Shown: in pieces, positions 21,855 through 30,172 of the stretch | Layout: each line of letters starts with the position of its first letter | Position numbering within the stretch: the first letter of the stretch is position 1 | Source: an uncultured Gemmatimonadales bacterium | GTDB lineage: Bacteria; Gemmatimonadota; Gemmatimonadetes; Longimicrobiales; Longimicrobiaceae | DNA: 64,000 nucleotides | Direction: 5' to 3' | NCBI GenBank assembly: GCA_963716255.1 | Contig: OY970303.1 | Coordinates: 6,112,001 to 6,176,000 of the forward strand | Notes under the pieces: model-generated | Told to the model about the DNA's origin: nothing | Seen by the model: the letters and a program-made list of their open reading frames with translations, nothing else | Database searches by the model: none | Made by a program: the position numbers and the translations under genes

Positions 21855-21935
21855 ATGCTCCGCGCCCGCACGACCACCCTGACTACCACTACGGGGCTCC
21901 GCAGAGGAGGCCGGGTCCGGGTGCGTCCGCGCTGA
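21855..21935 (+). CDS. Thr-rich leader peptide (MLRARTTTLTTTTGLRRGGRVRVRPR)
   Basis: 7 Thr codons within 8 positions, located between the promoter and a terminator upstream of thrS. Confidence 0.75.
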   Translation: MLRARTTTLTTTTGLRRGGRVRVRPR

Positions 21936-21960
21936 ACGACGGCGCTGCCGCCTGACGACG

Positions 21961-21989
21961 AGGCCTCCCGAGTGGAGGCCTTTTTGTTT
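21961..21989 (+). terminator. Attenuator intrinsic terminator
   Basis: AGGCCTCC-CGAGT-GGAGGCCT-TTTTGTTT; its 5' arm can instead pair with GGAGGCC at 21906-21912. Confidence 0.85.
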
Positions 21990-22095
21990 GCCCCCGCCTT
22001 GCGCGGGGCTTGTCGCGGACGGCGGCAGGACCGATGTTGCTGCCGTCCCGCGCCGGGCTTCCCGGCCGGGTGTACCAGAAGCAACGAGATTTCCG

Positions 22096-22200
22096 ATGGA
22101 CGACCGGAACGAGCCCGCCCGCCCGCTGTGGCCCTGGGCCCTGTACGCCGCGCTGCTGGGCGCGGGGATCGTCCTTTTCTTCATGTACGTGCCGCGCTGA
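22096..22200 (+). CDS. Small single-TM protein (34 aa)
   Basis: MDDRNEPARPLWPWALYAALLGAGIVLFFMYVPR with GC3-biased codons. Confidence 0.45.
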   Translation: MDDRNEPARPLWPWALYAALLGAGIVLFFMYVPR

Positions 22201-22246
22201 GGCCCCGCGCCTCGCCGCCGCACGATCCGCGACCGGGAAAACGACC

Positions 22247-24205
22247 ATGACGACGACGGCCGAGAACCAGGGACAGGTGCGCGTGACGCTTCCCGACGGC
22301 TCCGTGCGCGAGGTCGCGCCGGGGACGACGGTGCTCGACTTCGCCAGGTCCATCGGCGCGGGGCTGGCCAAGGCGGCGCTCGCCGGCAAGGTGGATGGGC
22401 GCGTGGTGGACCTGGCCAGCCCGCTGGAGGGCGATGCCACGGTGGAGATCGTCACCGAAAAGAGCCCCGACGCGCTGGAGCTGCTCCGCCACTCCGCGGC
22501 GCACATCCTGGCCACGGCAGTGCGCCGCGTGCGCCCGGACGCGAAGATCGGCTTCGGGCCGGCCATCGACGACGGCTTCTACTACGACTTCGAGGTGGAC
22601 CACCCCTTCACGCCCGACGAGCTGGAGCGCATCGAGGCGGAGATGCAGGAGGTGGTCAAGGGAAACGACCCCTTCGAGCGCCGCGTGGTCTCGGTGGGCG
22701 AGGCGCGCGGGCTGTTCGCCGACGACCCGCTCAAGCTGGAGCGCCTGGACGAGTTCGGCGGCGACGAGACGATCACCGTCTACCGCAACGGGCCCTTCCT
22801 GGACCTGTGCCGCGGCCCGCACCTCCCGGGGACGGGGCGGCTCAAGCACTTCAAGCTGCTGAACACGGCCGGCGCGTACTGGCGCGGCGACTCCAACCGC
22901 CAGATGCTCCAGCGCATCTACGGCACGGCCTGGTTCTCGAAGGAAGACCTGGAGCGGTACGTCCACAACCTGGAGGAGGCGCGCAGGCGCGACCATCGGC
23001 GGCTGGGCAAGGAGCTGGACCTGTTCCAGTTCCACCCCGTCTCCCCCGGCTCCGCGTTCTGGACGCCGCGCGGCACGACGCTGTACAACACGCTGGTGGA
23101 CTTCGTGCGCGAGCGGCAGCGCGAGGCGTTCCTGGAGATCAAGACGCCGCTCCTGTACACCAAGACGCTCTGGGAGCAGTCGGGGCACTGGGGCAAGTAC
23201 CGCGAGAACATGTTCCTGGTGCTCAACTCGGAAACGGGCGAGCACGACATGTCGCTCAAGCCCATGAACTGCCCGTCGCACCACCTGTACTTCGCGTCGG
23301 CGCGGCACTCGTACCGTGAGCTGCCGCTGCGCTTCGTCACCAACGACGTGCTGCACCGCAACGAGCTTTCCGGCGCGCTCTCCGGGCTCACGCGGGTGCG
23401 GCAGTTCGCGCAGGACGACTGCCACGTGTACCTGCGCGAGGACCAGATCGCCGGCGAGGTGCGGTTCCTGATGGACTTCATCCTGGGCTACTACCGCGCC
23501 TTCGGGCTGGAGGCGACGCTCAAGTTCGCCACGCGCCCGGAGCAGCGCATCGGCGACGACGCCATGTGGGACCGCGCGGAGGGCGCGCTCCGCGCCGCGC
23601 TGGAGGCCACGGGGATGGCGTACGAGATGAAGCCGGGCGACGGCGCCTTCTACGGCCCCAAGATCGACTTCGACGTCACCGACTCCATCGGGCGGGCGTG
23701 GCAGCTGGGGACCATCCAGCTGGACTACGCGGCGCCCGAAAGGTTCGACCTCACCTACGTGGGCGAGGACAACCTGCCGCACCGCCCCGTGGTGATCCAC
23801 CGCGCGGTGAGCGGCTCCTTCGAGCGCTTCATCGCCATCCTGGTGGAGCACTTCGCCGGCGCCTTCCCGGTGTGGCTGGCGCCGGTGCAGGTGGTGGTGA
23901 TCCCCATCTCCGACGAGCAGGCGGCCAGTGCCCGCGAGCTGGGGGCGCGGCTGCGCGCCCAGGGGATCCGCGCCGAGGTGGACGACCGCAACGAGACGCT
24001 CAACTACCGCATCCGCGAGGCCGAGACGCAGAAGGTCCCGTACATGGCCGTGGTCGGCGGACGCGAGGTGGAGAACGGCACGGCCGCGGTGCGCATCCGC
24101 GGCGCCGGGCGCAAGCAGGCGGTGCTGGACCGCGACGCCTTCGCGGCGCAGGTGCTGGAGCGCATCCGGAGCCGCACGCTGGAAACCGCGCTGGACGAGG
24201 GCTGA
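22247..24205 (+). CDS. thrS: Threonine--tRNA ligase
   Basis: TGS domain, HSAAH, DLCRGPH, RDHR, KPMNCP and GAFYGPKID motifs. Confidence 0.97.
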   Translation: MTTTAENQGQVRVTLPDGSVREVAPGTTVLDFARSIGAGLAKAALAGKVDGRVVDLASPLEGDATVEIVTEKSPDALELLRHSAAHILATAVRRVRPDAKIGFGPAIDDGFYYDFEVDHPFTPDELERIEAEMQEVVKGNDPFERRVVSVGEARGLFADDPLKLERLDEFGGDETITVYRNGPFLDLCRGPHLPGTGRLKHFKLLNTAGAYWRGDSNRQMLQRIYGTAWFSKEDLERYVHNLEEARRRDHRRLGKELDLFQFHPVSPGSAFWTPRGTTLYNTLVDFVRERQREAFLEIKTPLLYTKTLWEQSGHWGKYRENMFLVLNSETGEHDMSLKPMNCPSHHLYFASARHSYRELPLRFVTNDVLHRNELSGALSGLTRVRQFAQDDCHVYLREDQIAGEVRFLMDFILGYYRAFGLEATLKFATRPEQRIGDDAMWDRAEGALRAALEATGMAYEMKPGDGAFYGPKIDFDVTDSIGRAWQLGTIQLDYAAPERFDLTYVGEDNLPHRPVVIHRAVSGSFERFIAILVEHFAGAFPVWLAPVQVVVIPISDEQAASARELGARLRAQGIRAEVDDRNETLNYRIREAETQKVPYMAVVGGREVENGTAAVRIRGAGRKQAVLDRDAFAAQVLERIRSRTLETALDEG

Positions 24206-24227
24206 GCGCGGGGTGGGGGAGCGCCGC

Positions 24228-24256
24228 TTGACAGCCCCGCGGCGCTCCCGTATCTT
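24228..24256 (+). promoter_or_regulatory. Sigma70-type promoter for infC-rpmI-rplT
   Basis: TTGACA-17 bp-TATCTT. Confidence 0.75.
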
Positions 24257-24377
24257 AACGGACCAAATTGGGAAAAGTGGGGGCCGGCGGGCCCCCCACC
24301 CTTCGGCTCGCTCGCGCGATGCTGCCGGGTCCGCATGGCGCCCCGCCTCCCGCGCGTGGAGGTGGCGGCCGCGCATG

Positions 24378-24412
24378 GACGGACCTGAAGAGCTTCAGGT
24401 CCGTTTTCGTTT
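24378..24412 (+). terminator. Terminator-like hairpin in the infC leader
   Basis: ACGGACCTGAAG-AG-CTTCAGGTCCGT followed by TTTCGTTT. Confidence 0.6.
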
Positions 24413-24436
24413 ACACCCCTGCGGAGAGCAACTGCC

Positions 24437-24952
24437 ATCAACGAGAAGACGCGCGTCAATCGCCAGATCCGCATCAGCCCCGTCCGGGTGATCGCAACCG
24501 ACGGCGAGCAGCTGGGGATCCTGCCCATCGAGCGGGCGCTGGAGATCGCGGAGGAGCAGGGTCTGGACCTGGTGGAGGTGGCGCCGCTGGCCCGACCGCC
24601 GGTCTGCCGCATCATGGACTACGGCAAGTTCAAGTACGAGGAGCAGCGGAAGGCGCGCGAGGCGCGCAAGAAGCAGCACCACGTGCAGATCAAGGAAGTC
24701 AAGATGCGGCCCGGGATCGAAGACCACGACTTCGACTTCAAGACGAAGCACGCGCGACGCTTCCTCGAAGAGGGCAACAAGGTCAAGCTGACCATGATGT
24801 TCCGCGGCCGCCAGATGGCGCACCCGGAGCACGGCCGCCAGGTGCTGGACAAGGTGTCGGGGATGCTTGCCGACGTCGCCAAGATCGAGATGCACCCACA
24901 GATGGAGGGGCGCAGCATGACCATGGTGCTCACCCCTCTCGTCAAGAGCTGA
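24437..24952 (+). CDS. infC: Translation initiation factor IF-3 (ATC start)
   Basis: In-frame ATC after GGAG gives (M)[36 protein letters not shown] and MFRGRQ motifs. Confidence 0.9.
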   Translation: MNEKTRVNRQIRISPVRVIATDGEQLGILPIERALEIAEEQGLDLVEVAPLARPPVCRIMDYGKFKYEEQRKAREARKKQHHVQIKEVKMRPGIEDHDFDFKTKHARRFLEEGNKVKLTMMFRGRQMAHPEHGRQVLDKVSGMLADVAKIEMHPQMEGRSMTMVLTPLVKS

Positions 24953-24995
24953 TTCGCCCGTCCGCGAGGACGGCGTACGGAAAGGAAGAAGTACC

Positions 24996-25190
24996 ATGCC
25001 CAAGATGAAGAGCCACCGGGGTGCGGCCAAGCGCTTCAAGAAGACCGCCAGCGGCAAGCTGAAGCGCGGTCATTCGATGAAGCGCCACATCCTCACCAAG
25101 AAGTCTCCGAAGCGGAAGCGCAACCTCCGGGATTCTGCGCTTGTGTCGAAGGGGGACGAGAAGCGGATGACCCGTCTGCTCTCCGCCTGA
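24996..25190 (+). CDS. rpmI: 50S ribosomal protein L35
   Basis: [17 protein letters not shown] start; synteny. Confidence 0.97.
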   Translation: MPKMKSHRGAAKRFKKTASGKLKRGHSMKRHILTKKSPKRKRNLRDSALVSKGDEKRMTRLLSA

Positions 25191-25254
25191 GCGGAAGCCG
25201 GCCCGAACCCGTACATCGACCACCTTTTCGCACGAACATCCGGAGGAGTAGACC

Positions 25255-25611
25255 ATGCCCCGCGTAAAGACCAACGTGGCGCGCCTGCGCCGCAAGAACC
25301 AGATCCTCAAGGAAGCCAAGGGCTTCTTCGGCCGTCGCAAGAACCTGTACAAGACCGCCAAGGAGGCCGTGGAGCGCGCCTGGCGGTACGCGTACCGGGA
25401 CCGCAAGAACAAGAAGCGCGAGTTCCGCAAGCTGTGGATCGTCCGCATCAACGCGGCCGCCCGGCAGCACGACCTGTCCTACTCCCGCTTCATGAACGGG
25501 CTCAAGCTCGCCGGGATCGAGATCGACCGGAAGAACCTCGCGGACCTCGCGGTGCGCGACCCCAACGCGTTCGAGCAGCTGGCCACGGCCGCCAAGGCCC
25601 GGCTGGACTGA
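25255..25611 (+). CDS. rplT: 50S ribosomal protein L20
   Basis: [27 protein letters not shown] motifs. Confidence 0.97.
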   Translation: MPRVKTNVARLRRKNQILKEAKGFFGRRKNLYKTAKEAVERAWRYAYRDRKNKKREFRKLWIVRINAAARQHDLSYSRFMNGLKLAGIEIDRKNLADLAVRDPNAFEQLATAAKARLD

Positions 25612-25761
25612 CCGGAGTCGGGTTTTCGGAGTACGAGGCGGCGCCTGGCATCAGCCCGGCGCCGCTTCTGCGTTTCGGGGGTAGCCGCGAAGGCACCGCG
25701 GGTGCAGATTGGGGAGCCGGCGCCGGGGCCGGCTGTGACCGAACGGGAGCGAAGCGAATCG

Positions 25762-26787
25762 ATGAGCCAGGACCTGCTGGGGCAGCTCAGGGAGCTGGAG
25801 GCGGAGGGGACGCGCGCCGTCGCCGCCGCCGGGGGCGCGGAGGCGCTGGAGGCGCTGCGGGTGGAGTACGTGGGTCGCAAGGGGCGCCTCACGGGGATCC
25901 TGCGCGGCCTGGGCGGGCTCGCCGCGGAGGAGCGCCCCGCGGTGGGCGCCGAGGCCAACCGCGTCAAGGAGGCGCTTTCCGCGCTCCTGGACGAGCGCGT
26001 CTCCGCCCTCGCCCCGGCGGCCGACGAGGGGCCGGGCGTGGACCTGTCGCTCCCCGGCCGGCGCCGCTGGCGGGGCGGGCTGCACCCGGTGACGCAGGTG
26101 ATCGAGGAGGTGTGCGACATCTTTCGCGACCTGGGCTTCACCCGCGTGGCCGGGCCCGAGGCGGAGACCACGGACTACAACTTCACCCGGCTGAACATCC
26201 CGCTGGACCACCCGGCGGCGGACATGCACGACACGCTGTACCTGTCCGAGCACGTGCTGCTGCGCACGCACACCTCGCCGGTGCAGGCGCGCACCATGGA
26301 GCGCTTCGCGCCGCCGGTGCGCGTCGTGGTCCCCGGCAAGGTGTTCCGCCGCGACCCGTACGACGCCTCGCACGCGCCGGCCTTCGAGCAGATCGAGGGG
26401 CTGGCCGTGGACGAGGGGATCACCTTCGTCGACTTCAAGGCCACCATCTCCGAGTTCGTGCGCCGCTTCTTCGGGGCGTCGGCGAAGACGCGCTTCCGCC
26501 CGTCGTACTTCCCCTTCACCGAGCCGTCGGCCGAGGTGGACGTGTCGTGCCAGCTCTGCGGCGGGGCGGGGTGCAGCGCGTGCAAGGGCACCGGCTGGAT
26601 GGAGATCATGGGCTCCGGGATGGTGCATCCCAACGTTTTCCGGGCCGTCGGCTACGATCCGGAAAAGTACACGGGCTACGCGTTCGGGATGGGGCCGGGC
26701 CGCATCGCCATGCAGCGCTTCGGGATCCCCGACATCAGGCTCCTTTACGAGAGCGACGTGCGGTTCCTGGAGCAGTTCACGGGATAG
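25762..26787 (+). CDS. pheS: Phenylalanine--tRNA ligase alpha subunit
   Basis: HPA.DMHDT, LRTHTSPVQ, YFPFTEPS and GYAFGMG motifs. Confidence 0.97.
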   Translation: MSQDLLGQLRELEAEGTRAVAAAGGAEALEALRVEYVGRKGRLTGILRGLGGLAAEERPAVGAEANRVKEALSALLDERVSALAPAADEGPGVDLSLPGRRRWRGGLHPVTQVIEEVCDIFRDLGFTRVAGPEAETTDYNFTRLNIPLDHPAADMHDTLYLSEHVLLRTHTSPVQARTMERFAPPVRVVVPGKVFRRDPYDASHAPAFEQIEGLAVDEGITFVDFKATISEFVRRFFGASAKTRFRPSYFPFTEPSAEVDVSCQLCGGAGCSACKGTGWMEIMGSGMVHPNVFRAVGYDPEKYTGYAFGMGPGRIAMQRFGIPDIRLLYESDVRFLEQFTG

Positions 26788-26795
26788 AAGCCCGC

Positions 26796-26927
26796 GGTTC
26801 GGGCGAATCCCGGCTGCGCCGGGACCGCGCTCTATTCCGCTGGACACGAAACTACCGTGTCCAGCGGAACGGAGCCCCGGCAAACTGCCGCCGGGTCTCC
26901 GCCCTTCGGGTCACGATCGCTTTCGCG
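26796..26927 (+). repeat. Structured intergenic repeat family A, divergent copy 3 (between pheS and pheT)
   Basis: Same order of stems and loops as copy 1 with compensatory changes in nearly every helix. Confidence 0.8.
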
Positions 26928-26928
26928 G

Positions 26929-26960
26929 TTTCGCACTTTCGCACTCACGCACTTTCGCAC
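26929..26960 (+). repeat. Octamer tandem repeat (TTTCGCAC/TCACGCAC) x4
   Basis: TTTCGCAC TTTCGCAC TCACGCAC TTTCGCAC just before the pheT start. Confidence 0.8.
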
Positions 26961-26969
26961 TCGCCGGTC

Positions 26970-29357
26970 ATGAACGTCTCGTACCGCTGGCTCCAGTCGC
27001 TCGTCCCCGGCCTCGCAGAGCCGCCCGCCGAGCTCGCGCACCGTCTCTCGCTCCTCGGGGCTCCGGCCGACGAGGTGGTGGACCTCGCCGCGGGGGTCGA
27101 GGGGGTGGTGATCGGGCGGGTGCTGGAGGTGAGGCCGCACCCCAACGCGGACAAGCTGCGCGTCACGCGCGTGGACGCGGGGGGCGAGCCGGTGCAGGTG
27201 GTGTGCGGGGCGCCCAACGTGGAGGCGGGGCGGTTCTACCCGTTCGCGCCGGTGGGCGCGTCGCTGCCGGGCGGACTCAAGATCGGCAGGGCCAAGCTGC
27301 GCGGCGAGGTGTCCGAGGGGATGCTGTGCTCCGCGCGGGAGCTGGGGCTGGGGCGCGACCACGCCGGGCTGATGACGCTGGCGGGGGAGTGGGAGCCGGG
27401 GGCGCCCTTCCTCCGGTCGGTGGGGCTGGACGACGTGCGGCTGGTGCTGGACATCACCCCCAACCGGCCGGAGATGCTGTCGCACCTGGGCGTCGCGCGC
27501 GAGGTCGCGCCCGGCGGCGCGGCGGACGTGCGGCTGCCGGCGTTCGCCGGGGCGCCGGAGTCACCGCTGGACGTGCGCACGGCGGGCGCGGAAGGCACGG
27601 TCGGCGGGGTGCGGATCCGCATCGACGACGCGGAAGGGTGCCCGCGCTACACCGCGGCGGTCGTGCGCGGGGTCCGGGTGGGGCCCTCGCCGGAGTGGCT
27701 GGCGTCGCGGCTGCGCGCGGTGGGCGTGCGGTCGATCAACAACGTGGTGGACGCCACCAACTACGTCCTCCACGAGCTGGGGCAGCCCGTCCACGCCTTC
27801 GACCTGGACCGCCTGCACGGACCGGAGATCGTCGTCCGCCGCGCCCGGGCGGGGGAAACGCTGCGCACGCTGGACGGCACCGACCGCGCGCTAACGGAAC
27901 GCTCTCTGCTCATCGCCGACGCGGAGGGGCCGGTGGCGCTGGCGGGAGTGATGGGCGGGGAGAACAGCGAGGTGCACGACGGGACGACGAGCCTCCTGCT
28001 GGAGGTCGCCCTCTTCGACCCCGGGGCGGTGCGGGGGACGCGGACGCCCTTCGGGCTTTCCACCGATGCGTCGTACCGCTTCGAGCGCGGCGTGGACCCG
28101 GAGGGGCAGCCGCGGGCGCTGGAGCGCGTCGTCCAGCTGGTCGTGGCGGTCGCGGGCGGCGAGGCGGACCGCGGCGCGCTGGACATGGCCCCGGTCCCCT
28201 TTGCCCGCCGCGTGGTGGAGCTGCGCCCGGAGCGGGTGGAGCAGGTGCTCGGCGTCGCCGTGCCGGCGGAGGAGATCGCGGAACTGCTCGCGGCCATCGG
28301 CTTCGGGGTGGACGCGTCCGCGTCGCCGCTGCGCGTGGCCGTACCCGGCTTCCGGCCGGACGTGGCCGGCGAGATCGACCTGATCGAGGAGGTCGCGCGG
28401 CGCCGCGGCTTCGACTCGTTCCCCGAGGAGATCCTCCCCTTCCGCGCCTCAGCGGTGCCGGAAAGCCCGGAGGTGGAGGCGGAGCGCCGCGCGCGGGACT
28501 TCTTCCGCCGCGCCGGGTTCCTGGAGTCGCGCACCACCGGCTTCGCGCCGAGTGCGGAGGGGCGCGTCCCGCTCCTCAACCCGCTCTCCGCCGAGGAGGG
28601 CTCGCTGCGCGACAACCTGGTGCACGGGCTGCTGCGGCGTGTCGAGCACAACTGGGCGCACGGCGTCCGCGACGTGCGGCTCTTCGAGGTGGGCACCGTG
28701 TTCTCGCCGGCCGGTGAGGGCGCCGTCCCGCGCGAGGAGATCCGCGTGGCCGCCGCCTTCACCGGCGCGTCGCGCCCGCCGCACTGGAGCGGCGAGGCGC
28801 CCGCCTGGGACGTGTGGGACCTCAGGGGGCTGCTGGAAGAGCTGGCGGAGGCGCACGGCGCCGCGCTGGAGACCGGCGCGCCGGCCGTGCTCGGCGGCAC
28901 GGTCGTCCCGGGCGAGGCGTTCCGGCTCGTCGCGGACGGCGCGGAAAGCGGCGGCGGCGGGCGCGCGGCCCCCGGCGCGGCGGACGCCCCCGCGTGGGCC
29001 GGCGACGTGTGGCTGCTGGAGGCGCGGCTCCCCGTCGGGCGCCGGGCGCAGGCCGTGGCGTACGCCGCGCTCCCCGAGCGGCCGGCGAGCGAGCGCGACC
29101 TGGCGCTGCTGGTCCCCCGCGCGACCGCCGCGGCCGAGGTGCAGGACGCGATCCGTGGGTCCGCAGGGGCGCTGCTGGAGGCGGTGTGGCCGTTCGACCT
29201 GTACGAGGGCAAGGGGATCCCGGAGGGGACACGCAGCATCGCCTTCCGCCTGCGCTTCCGGGCGCCGGACCGCACCCTCACCGACGCGGAGACCGACGCG
29301 GCGGTGGCCTCCGTGCTCGCGGCACTCGGGGAGCGCCTGGGTGTCCACCGCCGCTGA
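26970..29357 (+). CDS. pheT: Phenylalanine--tRNA ligase beta subunit
   Basis: HPNADKL, VCGAPN, SEGMLCS, ITPNR, TDASYRFERG and RDLA motifs. Confidence 0.96.
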   Translation: MNVSYRWLQSLVPGLAEPPAELAHRLSLLGAPADEVVDLAAGVEGVVIGRVLEVRPHPNADKLRVTRVDAGGEPVQVVCGAPNVEAGRFYPFAPVGASLPGGLKIGRAKLRGEVSEGMLCSARELGLGRDHAGLMTLAGEWEPGAPFLRSVGLDDVRLVLDITPNRPEMLSHLGVAREVAPGGAADVRLPAFAGAPESPLDVRTAGAEGTVGGVRIRIDDAEGCPRYTAAVVRGVRVGPSPEWLASRLRAVGVRSINNVVDATNYVLHELGQPVHAFDLDRLHGPEIVVRRARAGETLRTLDGTDRALTERSLLIADAEGPVALAGVMGGENSEVHDGTTSLLLEVALFDPGAVRGTRTPFGLSTDASYRFERGVDPEGQPRALERVVQLVVAVAGGEADRGALDMAPVPFARRVVELRPERVEQVLGVAVPAEEIAELLAAIGFGVDASASPLRVAVPGFRPDVAGEIDLIEEVARRRGFDSFPEEILPFRASAVPESPEVEAERRARDFFRRAGFLESRTTGFAPSAEGRVPLLNPLSAEEGSLRDNLVHGLLRRVEHNWAHGVRDVRLFEVGTVFSPAGEGAVPREEIRVAAAFTGASRPPHWSGEAPAWDVWDLRGLLEELAEAHGAALETGAPAVLGGTVVPGEAFRLVADGAESGGGGRAAPGAADAPAWAGDVWLLEARLPVGRRAQAVAYAALPERPASERDLALLVPRATAAAEVQDAIRGSAGALLEAVWPFDLYEGKGIPEGTRSIAFRLRFRAPDRTLTDAETDAAVASVLAALGERLGVHRR

Positions 29358-29652
29358 CCCCGCGCCCGTCCCGCCCGGCACCGGGTGGGAGCGGCTGGAG
29401 CGCGCCGCCGCGCGGGCCGCGTCCGCGCTGGCCGCGTGGCGGAGCCGCGCCCTGCTCGCCGAGGCCGAGGTGGACCGCCTGCGCGCCGCGCTGGAGCAGG
29501 TGAGCGCCGCCCCCGCGGACGGCGCCGCCGGCGCCGGCGAGCTGGGCCGGCTGCGCGCCGAGAACGCCCTGCTGCGCAGCCGCACCGCCGAGGCGCGCCG
29601 CCGCGTCGCCGCGCTGCTGGCGCGGCTCGCCATGCTGGAGGCCCGCCGGTGA
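29341..29652 (+). CDS. Coiled-coil protein, ZapB-like by position
   Basis: Heptad-rich sequence (LRAENALLRSR) between pheT and zapA. Confidence 0.6.
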   Translation: MSTAADPAPVPPGTGWERLERAAARAASALAAWRSRALLAEAEVDRLRAALEQVSAAPADGAAGAGELGRLRAENALLRSRTAEARRRVAALLARLAMLEARR

Positions 29653-29996
29653 GCCGCCGCCGCGCCACGCCGCGCCACACCGTCACGGTGGAGGTGGGCG
29701 GCGAGAAGCACGTCCTCCGCTCCGACGTCCCCCCGGAGTACACCCGCGCCGTCGCCGCGCACCTGGACGCGGTGATCCGCGAGCTGCCCGGCTTCCGCAG
29801 CCTGGAGCCGCACCGCGCCATCCTGCTCGCCGCCCTGTCCGTCACCGACGAGCTGTTCAGCGCCCTCGAGGAGATCCAGCGCCTCCGCGACGAGGCCGAG
29901 CGGCGCGCCGCCGCCGCCGCCGAGCTGCTGGAGGGCGCCGCCGCTGACGCGCCCACGGACCCCGCGGACGGCGGCGCCGCGGCCGCGGACGGGTAG
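29649..29996 (+). CDS. zapA: Cell division protein ZapA
   Basis: VTVEVGG..LRS, AAHLD and ILLAALSVTDELF motifs; synteny with rny. Confidence 0.85.
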   Translation: MSRRRATPRHTVTVEVGGEKHVLRSDVPPEYTRAVAAHLDAVIRELPGFRSLEPHRAILLAALSVTDELFSALEEIQRLRDEAERRAAAAAELLEGAAADAPTDPADGGAAAADG

Positions 29997-30042
29997 CGCC
30001 GGGGCTTGCGTCCGGGCGCGCATCCTGCCTATTGTTTCACGT

Positions 30043-30157
30043 GCGGGCCCTCCCTGCGGGCAGGTGCCGGGAGGCGCCCTCGGGTGTACGTGCGAAGGTG
30101 GCAGGGAGCGTCTTTCTGCCACCTCGATCTTTTGTACCTGCTGCGGGCCTCGCCCGC
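30043..30157 (+). ncRNA. Candidate structured RNA between zapA and rny (leader or short 6S-like RNA)
   Basis: Nested stems GCGGGC/GCCCGC, GCAGGTGC/GTACCTGC and AGGTGGCAG/CTGCCACCT; promoter-like TTGCGT-18-TATTGT upstream. Confidence 0.35.
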
Positions 30158-30172
30158 CTCCGATAAACGACA

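Noticed and set aside
21820..22246. T-box riboswitch upstream of thrS
   Set aside because: No AAGGTGGNACC-type T-box sequence seen; the Thr-codon uORF with a terminator explains the region better.
25612..25761. pheM-like Phe leader peptide before pheS
   Set aside because: No short ORF with clustered Phe codons; only a terminator-like hairpin after rplT.
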